NCBI GenBank assembly: GCA_027310235.1
Contig: DAIDBF010000049.1
Span: forward strand, 1-32,960
Origin: a bacterium
GTDB lineage: Bacteria > Patescibacteriota > Minisyncoccia > UBA6257 > GWB1-50-10
DNA length: 32,960 nucleotides
Direction: 5' to 3'
Shown here: positions 7,614 to 14,891 of the stretch, piece after piece
How the letters are laid out: each line of letters opens with the position of its first letter
How positions within the stretch are numbered: position 1 is the first letter of the stretch
Program-made: the position numbers and the translations under genes
The notes under the pieces: model-generated
Database searches by the model: none
The model's input: the letters and a program-made list of their open reading frames with translations, nothing else
What the model was told of the DNA's origin: nothing

Positions 7614-9251
7614 ATGCTTGCGGAAGATTTAAAAAACCTAATACAGGGGGATGTGATGTCCGATGAGAATACGCTCTCGGCATACAGCACCGACTACTCT
7701 ATCTTTAGGGTAACACCGAGCGTGGTAGTGTTCCCGAAGGATAAGGAAGACGTGGAGAAGCTCGTCCAATATGCGGCAGAGAAGAAAAAAAGCGGAGAGG
7801 CCATTTCCCTCACCGGCCGCTCGGCGGGAACGGACATGTCGGGCGGGCCCTTGAACGACTCCGTGATCGTCGAGTTCGCGAAGTATTTCAACCACATCCG
7901 CGAAATCGGGAGCGATTACGCCGTCGTCGAGCCGGGAGTGTACTTCCGTGATTTTGAAAAAGAACTTGATAAGAAAGGACTGCTCTATCCGTCTTATCCC
8001 GCATCCAAAGATCTGTGCGCGATGGGAGGAATTGTGAACAACAACTCGGGCGGCGAGAAGACCCTTGGGTATGGGAAGACGGAAGATTATGTGGAAGAAG
8101 TGACGGTCGTCCTCGCGGACGGAAAAGAACACGTTTTGAGGCCTCTCTCGGCGGACGAACTCTCTTCAAAACTCAAAGAGGAAAATTTCGAAGGCGACAT
8201 CTATCGGAAGCTTTTCAAACTTATTGAGGATAACTACGATGCAATTCAAAATGCGAAGCCGAAGGTTTCGAAAAATTCCGCGGGGTACTTCCTGTGGAAT
8301 GTGTGGGATAGAAAGACGTTCGACATTATAAAGCTCATCGTGGGTTCTCAAGGGACGCTCGGGCTTTTGACCGCCGCGAAACTCCGGCTTGTGAAGAAGA
8401 AGAAATACTCAGCGCTTGCGGTTATCTTTTCAAGAACCCTGGATCCCGTGCCAGATCTCGTGGATGATCTTCTCAAGTTCCACCCTGAAGGCATCGAGTC
8501 ATACGACGATAAGACACTCTCGCTCGCGATGAAGTTTCTCCCATCGCTCATAAAGCTTATGAAGGGAGGAGCGGTGAAATTGTTGTTCCAGTTTCTCCCG
8601 GAGCTTTTCGTAGTACTTCGCGGAGGGATGCCGCAGATGATATTGCTTGTGTCCTTCACCTCGGATGACAAGGAGGAACTTCATCGGGATATGGAAGAAG
8701 TACGTGCGACCGCGAAAAAGTATCCGGTGAGCGTGCGCATTATAAAAACCGAAGAAGGCGCACAAAAGTACTGGGTGATTCGTCGACAGAGTTTTGCGCT
8801 CTTGCACAGCCATGTGAAGGGAATGTATGCCGCGCCCTTCATCGATGATATTATTGTCGATCCGAAGTACATGCCGGAACTCCTGCCGCAAGTGGATATA
8901 ATTCTCGATAAGCACAAGGACAAGCTCATCTACACAATCGCGGGTCATCCCGGAAACGGTAACTTCCACATTATTCCGCTCGTGCGCCTGAATGACGAGG
9001 AAACGAGAAAAATAATTCCGCAGGTAACGGAGGAGGTATATAAACTTGTGTTCAAATACGGCGGCTCGATTACCGCGGAACACAACGACGGCCTCATCCG
9101 CACGCCGTATCTCGAGGAGATGTACGGCGAGAAGATCACCGAGCTTTTCGAAGGGGTGAAGAACATCTTCGATCCTATGGACATCTTCAATCCGCGGAAG
9201 AAAGTGGGAGGGACGACCGAGTATGCGGTGGAGCATATGCGAAGAAGTTGA
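7614..9251 (+). CDS. FAD-binding oxidoreductase (GlcD / D-lactate dehydrogenase-like, PCMH-type)
   Basis: The FAD_binding_4-type N-terminal domain is present (VVVFPKDKEDVEKLVQYA..., LTGRSAGTDMSGGPL, AMGGIVNNNSGGEKTLGYGKTEDYV). The C-terminus contains GGSITAEHNDGL. Confidence 0.85.
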   Translation: MLAEDLKNLIQGDVMSDENTLSAYSTDYSIFRVTPSVVVFPKDKEDVEKLVQYAAEKKKSGEAISLTGRSAGTDMSGGPLNDSVIVEFAKYFNHIREIGSDYAVVEPGVYFRDFEKELDKKGLLYPSYPASKDLCAMGGIVNNNSGGEKTLGYGKTEDYVEEVTVVLADGKEHVLRPLSADELSSKLKEENFEGDIYRKLFKLIEDNYDAIQNAKPKVSKNSAGYFLWNVWDRKTFDIIKLIVGSQGTLGLLTAAKLRLVKKKKYSALAVIFSRTLDPVPDLVDDLLKFHPEGIESYDDKTLSLAMKFLPSLIKLMKGGAVKLLFQFLPELFVVLRGGMPQMILLVSFTSDDKEELHRDMEEVRATAKKYPVSVRIIKTEEGAQKYWVIRRQSFALLHSHVKGMYAAPFIDDIIVDPKYMPELLPQVDIILDKHKDKLIYTIAGHPGNGNFHIIPLVRLNDEETRKIIPQVTEEVYKLVFKYGGSITAEHNDGLIRTPYLEEMYGEKITELFEGVKNIFDPMDIFNPRKKVGGTTEYAVEHMRRS

Positions 9252-9468
9252 ATGAACGACAGCTTCTTTCTCGAACGAGCATAGCGGAGCAAGGCCATGC
9301 CTTCGTGAATGAGAACGAAAGAAATAGGAATTGAAGGTGTTTGAGCCCCCACTTAGTTTCTAAACAGAGGGCGAGTTCCTTCAATTCCGTTCGTTTCTAA
9401 GGGCGAGTGAACAAGAAGACATCCGAGCGGAGCTCTCTGCAAGTGAGGGGAAGAAGCTGTCGTTCATT
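9251..9468. repeat. 218-nt long-range palindromic element
   Basis: Perfect 18-bp terminal inverted repeats aatgaacgacagcttctt (9251-9268) / aagaagctgtcgttcatt (9451-9468). An inner imperfect stem is built around ggaattgaagg / ccttcaattcc. The element starts on the last base of the upstream stop codon. Confidence 0.6.
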
Positions 9469-9575
9469 TCGATGGAGGGAATGTACCCTTTTATCCGCCT
9501 GCGCGAGAATACCCCGGGCGTAAGCCCGCGGAGCTTCATTTGTAAGGAGGTTAAACCTCCTTTACTATTCTTTTA

Positions 9576-10886
9576 ATGTCTTATTTTGAGGTTATAAAAA
9601 GTGACTCAAGAACCAGTGCACGGGCGGGGGTTTTAAAGACGCCACACGGGGAGGTGAAAACACCCTCCTATGTGGTCGTGGGGACGGATGCGGCGGTGCG
9701 GTGCGTGCCGCCCGAAGAACTGTCGCGCACGAAAACGCAGCTTATTATCGCAAATACTTATCATCTTTGGAGAACATTGGAGGAACGATTGGAGACATTC
9801 GAAGGACTGCACGAACGGATGAGATGGAACGGACCCCTCATGACCGATAGCGGGGGATTTCAAGTTTTCAGTTTTGGCTTCGGGCGGGAGCACGGCATGG
9901 GGAAGATGGGAAGAGTATTCCCGGGAAGAAAACTATCTTCCGGAACCGGGCGTTCTTCGTCTCCAGCGGACGAAGCCGCCCTGCGCTCTCGCCCCGATAA
10001 GTCCGATAAAAATCGGACATCAAGCTCATCGGGGCTCCGAGAGCTTCCGTCGGATAGTTTTCTTCCCGGGAGCAAAGAAAATCTGGTGAGGGTAGTTGAT
10101 GACGGCGTTTATTTCATTATTGAAGGTGGAGAGCAATATTTGGATGCTGAACTCTCTATTCATATTCAGGAAAAACTCGGCGCGGATATTATTGTAGCGT
10201 TCGACGAGCCGACCTCGCCTTTGCATGATCATGCCTATACGAAAGAATCGCTTGCGCGGACGCATGCGTGGGCGCTCCGTTCACTCGCGGCGCGGACACG
10301 CAGAGATCAAATGATGTACGGCGTGGTGCAGGGAGGCGCTTTTGAGGACTTGAGGAAAGAGAGCGCGGACTTTATCGGGAAACAAGCATTCGAAGGGTTT
10401 GCGATCGGCGGATCGTACGGAGAGTCCATGGGCGCACCGCGCGAGCAGATGCTCTCGGTCTTGAAGTGGAGTGTCCCATATCTCCCGAGAGAAAAACCGC
10501 GGCATCTTTTGGGGATTGGGCGCATCGAGGACGTCTTCGATGCGGTCGAACTCGGCATGGACACGTTCGATTGCGTAATCCCGACAAGAGAGGCGCGCCA
10601 TGGATCAATATGGACGGCGCACGGCAGATTCGACGTGCGGAAAGGTGCGTTCGAGGGGAGTAAAGAATCGATCGAAGAAGGATGCGAGTGTATCGCATGC
10701 GGAGAGAAAAAAATCACGCGAGGAGAGCTCCGTGAGCTTTTTAAGTTGAAAAATCTGAAGGCGGGTCATCTTGCCACGGTGCATAATATCTATTTTTTCA
10801 ACAACTTACTCGAACAAATCAGGAAGTCGATTTTTGAAAGTACGTTTTCGGAGTTCAAGAAAAAATTCATTTTGAATATTTCTTAG
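9576..10886 (+). CDS. tgt: tRNA-guanine transglycosylase (queuine tRNA-ribosyltransferase) carrying an internal insertion
   Basis: TGT signatures TDSGGFQVFS, VAFDE, GVVQGG, LLGIG and the Zn site CECIAC...H are present. An insertion of roughly 55 aa, rich in Ser/Arg/Pro, follows the DSGGFQ motif. Confidence 0.9.
   Translation: MSYFEVIKSDSRTSARAGVLKTPHGEVKTPSYVVVGTDAAVRCVPPEELSRTKTQLIIANTYHLWRTLEERLETFEGLHERMRWNGPLMTDSGGFQVFSFGFGREHGMGKMGRVFPGRKLSSGTGRSSSPADEAALRSRPDKSDKNRTSSSSGLRELPSDSFLPGSKENLVRVVDDGVYFIIEGGEQYLDAELSIHIQEKLGADIIVAFDEPTSPLHDHAYTKESLARTHAWALRSLAARTRRDQMMYGVVQGGAFEDLRKESADFIGKQAFEGFAIGGSYGESMGAPREQMLSVLKWSVPYLPREKPRHLLGIGRIEDVFDAVELGMDTFDCVIPTREARHGSIWTAHGRFDVRKGAFEGSKESIEEGCECIACGEKKITRGELRELFKLKNLKAGHLATVHNIYFFNNLLEQIRKSIFESTFSEFKKKFILNIS
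9920..10070. repeat. Palindromic element inserted in frame inside tgt
   Basis: Perfect 18-bp inverted repeat cccgggaagaaaactatc (9920-9937) / gatagttttcttcccggg (10053-10070). Nested hairpins lie inside it (cttcgtc..gacgaag, gtccgat aaaa atcggac, ccccgat..atcgggg). Confidence 0.65.
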
Positions 10887-10905
10887 TTCCAGTACAATAA
10901 AAGCA

Positions 10906-11937
10906 ATGAAGTATGGAGTCATTGTGTTATTGATCCTCGGCATCGGAATCATCGGGGGAATTCTAGTTTTTGGGGAAAGAAATCAGACGATCACGGTGCC
11001 GAATACCGCGCCCGGAGAGACAGCGCCCCTTGTGTCTTCGTCGGTATCCGCGGGGGAAGACGTTTTAAGTCCGGTTTCTGGTATGACTACGACGACTTCA
11101 ATCGCCATCTCTGCGGCGATTGCAACAAACACACCGGTTGAGTCGGTGGCCACTTCGGTACTTTCCGTACAGTTCTCCGATCTCACGCCGTCCCAGGGAG
11201 AGACGGTGGTTGTAACTATTTCGGGGAGTCCGGAGCATCCCAAGGTGTCTTTCGACAATAAAGAAATTCCGGTATTTTTCTATCAAGGCGGATTGCGTGC
11301 GTTGGTTGCGATCGGGGCGCATGAGTCAATTGGGTCGCACATGGTGAAGGTAACAGCCGACGGCTTCCCAGATTATTCACAGTCGATAACGGTGAAGAGC
11401 GGGAAGTTTCCCGTGGTGGATCTTGGGATTCCGGAGAAGATGGGGACGACTACGCCAGCCCGGCTTGTACAGGATCTCTCAAAAGAGAATGCTGAATTGA
11501 ATGCGATTGTGGCGCTCGTAACTCCCGAGACGTTCTTCACGCGCGGGTTCGGCTTGTCGCTTGCCGACAATACCCGTCTCGGATCGGTTTTCGGCGAAAT
11601 CAGAAAAACGGGAGATCAAACAATTTCGCATCTTGGCGTGGATTTCCGCGGAGCGGAGGGGAGTAAAGTTGTGGCGATGAATGACGGCGTGGTGGAAAAA
11701 GCGGAGAGCACCGCACTCTACGGCAACACGATAATCATCGATCATGGAGAGGGTATCTTCTCCATGTATCTTCATTTGAAGACGATTCTTGTCGCGAAAG
11801 GAGCGAGAGTGAAAAGGGGACAGGTTATCGGTACCTTGGGACAGACGGGATATGCGACGGGGCCTCATCTTCATCTTTCGGTGAAGATTAACGGCATCTC
11901 GGTAGATCCCATCAAGTTCGTGGATGCGTTTAGATGA
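10906..11937 (+). CDS. M23-family metallopeptidase (peptidoglycan endopeptidase) with N-terminal membrane anchor
   Basis: M23 motifs HLGVDFRG, NTIIIDHGEGIFSMYLHL and GYATGPHLHLSVKINGISVDP are present, along with an N-terminal TM segment (YGVIVLLILGIGIIGGILVF). Confidence 0.9.
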   Translation: MKYGVIVLLILGIGIIGGILVFGERNQTITVPNTAPGETAPLVSSSVSAGEDVLSPVSGMTTTTSIAISAAIATNTPVESVATSVLSVQFSDLTPSQGETVVVTISGSPEHPKVSFDNKEIPVFFYQGGLRALVAIGAHESIGSHMVKVTADGFPDYSQSITVKSGKFPVVDLGIPEKMGTTTPARLVQDLSKENAELNAIVALVTPETFFTRGFGLSLADNTRLGSVFGEIRKTGDQTISHLGVDFRGAEGSKVVAMNDGVVEKAESTALYGNTIIIDHGEGIFSMYLHLKTILVAKGARVKRGQVIGTLGQTGYATGPHLHLSVKINGISVDPIKFVDAFR

Positions 11938-11965
11938 GAGGAGTAGTACTCTTCGATTTCTCGAA

Positions 11966-12165
11966 CCACTCCTTTTCCTCCCTCACGAGCAGAAACGTTC
12001 GCTCGCAGGAATCCATCTTCGTTCGTCCTCGCACTCGCGGCAATTATGCAAACTCGACCTTAGGGGACTCGGACAGTGCATAATTGCTCGTGTGCGTCGT
12101 CCTCACTCGGGGATTCCTTACCTCGCTCACGTATGCTCGTGAGGGAGGAAAAGGAGTGGTTCTCA
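11966..12165. repeat. 200-nt palindromic element with a perfect 28-bp basal stem
   Basis: gaaccactccttttcctccctcacgagc (11966-11993) is the exact reverse complement of 12138-12165. There is an inner perfect 11-bp stem gcaattatgca (12043-12053) / tgcataattgc (12080-12090). Confidence 0.65.
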
Positions 12166-12199
12166 AATCCACAGAGGTTCTATCTCGAATTTTCTCCAC

Positions 12200-12418
12200 G
12201 GGGAAGAACCTTTATCTCGGTGAAGCATCGTGGAGCGAAATAGATGTCTTCCCGAGCGAAGACGAAGGAACCAAAGAGGTTCTGCACTGTACGAATCCCG
12301 AATCTGCCGAAGGCAGAGAAGGTTGAGTTGCAGGACCCTTTAGGTTCCGAGGATGAGCGAGGAGGAGACATATTGAGCGGAACGTTTTGTTGGCCGAGAG
12401 GAAGGTTCTTCCCCGTGA
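12200..12418. repeat. 219-nt palindromic element
   Basis: cacggggaagaacc (12200-12213) pairs perfectly with ggttcttccccgtg (12405-12418), extended by tctcgg/ccgaga. An internal hairpin tctgcc-gaa-ggcaga lies near 12311-12325. Confidence 0.55.
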
Positions 12419-12508
12419 GTTGTGTCTAGAGGGCTTTACAAGAGAGAGAAGAGAAACCTCTCGCTTTGTAAGTTGATTCTTGGTTATTTGTGATATACAC
12501 TCTTAGGG

Positions 12509-13795
12509 ATGTTTTCACGGAAAAAGGCGGGAGTATTACTCATTGTCGTCATAGTGCTTTCACTAAGTGCCGCGGCGTTCGCGTACGAACCCGTCTAGCA
12601 GAAGATAAGTTCGTTTCGTCCGTGGAATCTCGGGCTTGATCTTGCCGGAGGGAGCTTGCTTACGTATGAGATCGATCTCTCGAAAATTCCCGCTACCGAC
12701 AGGGATTCGGTAGTGGCGGGAATGCGTGATGTAATTGAAAAACGGGTGAACCTGTTCGGCGTGAGTGAGCCGAGGGTATATACCGAGACCAGCGGCGATA
12801 CGTCGCGGCTCGTGGTGGAACTTGCGGGCATCAAGGATATCAATCAGGCGATACGGGAAATCGGTGCAACACCCTACCTCGATTTCAGGGAGGTAGAGGC
12901 GACGGGGACGAGTACCGCCACTTTTATTCCCACTGAACTCAACGGACGCTACGTACAAAGCGCACAGGTGGGATTCAATCAAACGACTCGCGCGCCGGAG
13001 ATAGATTTTTCATTGAACGACGAAGGCGCGAAATTATTCCAGGAGATCACAGGGCGCGCGATCGGCAAGCCGCTTTGTATTTTCATTGACGGCAGTTTCA
13101 TCATTCCCGACAGCCCCACCGACAGCTGTCCCACGGTGCAGACGGAAATTTCGGGAGGAAAGGCGGTTATTTCGGGGAGTTTTACACTCGATCGGGTGCG
13201 TCAGATCGTGGAGCGTTTCAATGCGGGAGCGCTTCCCGCGCCCATCACGCTCGTGAACCAACGGACGGTCAATGCCGATTTCGGCCGAGATGCCCTGAAC
13301 CGCGCGATTATCGCGGGGCTTGTGGGCACGCTTGCCGTGATGCTCTTCATGGTGTTCTACTACAGGAAACTGGGACTCTTCGCCGCGGCGGCGCTCGCGA
13401 TGTATATCGCCTTGGCACTCGCAATCTTCAAAATACTGCCGGTTACCATGACACTTTCGGGAATCGCCGGGTTCATTCTCTCGATCGGCATGGCGGTTGA
13501 TGCCAACGTGCTCGTGTTCGAGCGCACAAAAGAAGAGTTGCAGAAGGGATTGAGTCATGTGGCGGCGATCGAAGAAGGGTTCAGGAGAGCATGGACTTCG
13601 ATCCGCGATTCGAACATCTCGACGATGCTCACGGCCGCGGTGCTCTACTATCTGACCTCGAGTTTCGTCCGCGGGTTCGCGCTCACGCTGTTCTTGGGAG
13701 TGGTAATAAGCATGTTCTCCGCGATCACGATTACCCGCACTATGCTTCGCGTCTCCATGAGTCGGAATGATAAAAAACAAGAGCGGACGCAATAA
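12509..13795 (+). CDS. secD: Protein translocase subunit SecD, interrupted by an in-frame TAG at 12596-12598
   Basis: ATG 12509 gives MFSRKKAGVLLIVVIVLSLSAAAFAYEPV, a signal-anchor TM. After the TAG, the same frame continues QKISSFRPWNLGLDLAGGSLLTYEIDL, which contains the conserved SecD LGLDL.GG motif. The ORF track restarts at TTG 12656. The C-terminal 6-TM SecD core is present. Confidence 0.8.
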
Positions 13796-13800
13796 CGATT

Positions 13801-14700
13801 ATGATTAAAAACCTGGACATCATAAAAAATAAGAAGTACTTCCTCGGATTTTCGCTGATGCTCGTCATCGCGAGTTTCGTAGTGATTGCGGTGTTCGGTT
13901 TAAAATCGGGGATCGATCTCGAAGGGGGAACGCAGTGGCAGGTTACGGTCCAAAAAGCAGGCGTGAGCGAAGAGGAACTGCAGTCCGTGTTGCAACAGAC
14001 AAACAAGAATACCGAAGTGATCGTAAAAAAAGCGGATGACGGCAGTTTTCTTATCCGCACGCACACCATGAACAACGACGAGCACCAGACGAACGTGAAG
14101 GCGCTTGAGGCGGCGTTCGGAGGCGTGGATGAAAAAAGTTTCTCCTCGATTGGGCCCGCAATCGGTGCCGAACTGAAACGGAATGCAATATGGGCGATCG
14201 TGGCGGTGCTCTTCGGCATCTCGCTCTACATCGCGTGGGCGTTCAGGAAAGTTTCCGAGCCGGTGCGATCGTGGAAGTACGGAGTGGCTACGCTCATCTC
14301 GCTTCTTCATGATGTGAGTATTCCCACGGGCATACTTGCGATCTTGGGCGCGGTGAAGGGGATTGAAATCGATACGAATTTCATCGTGGCGCTCCTTGTG
14401 GTGATGGGATTCTCGGTACACGATACGATCGTCGTATTCGACCGCATCCGCGAGAACCTTATCCGTGAACGCGGGAAAAAGACCCCGCTTGGCGACATCA
14501 TCAACTACAGCGTGAGAGAAACGTTCGCCCGGTCGGTGAACACCTCTTTCACGCTCTTTCTCGTGCTTCTTGCACTTCTCCTATTTGGCCCCGCTTCCTT
14601 GTTCTATTTCGTTCTTACTATTCTCGTAGGCACCATATTCGGTACTTACTCATCAATCTTCGTGGCAAGCCCGCTTTTGTACCTCTGGCAGAGGAAATAA
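13801..14700 (+). CDS. secF: Protein translocase subunit SecF
   Basis: 299 aa, directly after secD. It has an N-terminal TM segment, GIDLEGGT, and a C-terminal multi-TM SecD/SecF core (HDTIVVFDRIREN). Confidence 0.9.
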   Translation: MIKNLDIIKNKKYFLGFSLMLVIASFVVIAVFGLKSGIDLEGGTQWQVTVQKAGVSEEELQSVLQQTNKNTEVIVKKADDGSFLIRTHTMNNDEHQTNVKALEAAFGGVDEKSFSSIGPAIGAELKRNAIWAIVAVLFGISLYIAWAFRKVSEPVRSWKYGVATLISLLHDVSIPTGILAILGAVKGIEIDTNFIVALLVVMGFSVHDTIVVFDRIRENLIRERGKKTPLGDIINYSVRETFARSVNTSFTLFLVLLALLLFGPASLFYFVLTILVGTIFGTYSSIFVASPLLYLWQRK

Positions 14701-14752
14701 GAGGTTATCCCGGAGTGTACTAAATACGGGTCTCCCCGGAGGGGTTGACCCC

Positions 14753-14868
14753 GTAGTGAAAACTCGATAATCATTTACTCAATAAGAACACTTTATAAGA
14801 CACTGCCCCTGAGGGAGTTGTAAGCGAAACCAAAACCAAAAGGTCGCATAAAATCGAGTTTCTACTAC
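14753..14868 (+). repeat. Inverted-repeat element copy 1 (conserved 16-nt termini, unique interior)
   Basis: gtagtgaaaactcgat (14753-14768) ... atcgagtttctactac (14853-14868) form 14 Watson-Crick pairs, one G-U and one mismatch. The element is flanked by an identical 12-mer ggggttgacccc at 14741-14752 and 14869-14880. Confidence 0.6.
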
Positions 14869-14891
14869 GGGGTTGACCCCATTTCCGAATT

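Noticed and set aside
12158-12176. tRNA/tmRNA T-arm-like sequence gtggttctcaaatccac
   Set aside because: The loop is 9 nt rather than the 7-nt T-loop. No acceptor, D or anticodon arms or CCA context can be built around it, and it forms part of the 28-bp palindrome arm.
11924-12429. Four 61-80-aa ORFs in the secD upstream region (11924-12142, 12084-12326, 12244-12429 and 12180-12371 on the minus strand)
   Set aside because: They overlap one another in different frames, are built from the arms of palindromic elements, and lack start-site signals and coding-like composition.
12596-12598. Possible genetic-code reassignment of TAG
   Set aside because: TAG terminates at least five well-supported genes in this window, with ends at 4965, 6839, 7599, 23858 and 31055. 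A global sense reading is not supported. The observation is kept only as a local anomaly.
14795-14851. 18-codon minus-strand ORF (MRPFGFGFAYNSLRGSVL) inside inverted-repeat element copy 1
   Set aside because: Copy 2 has no equivalent ORF (only 5 codons), so a peptide cargo is not a shared property of the element.
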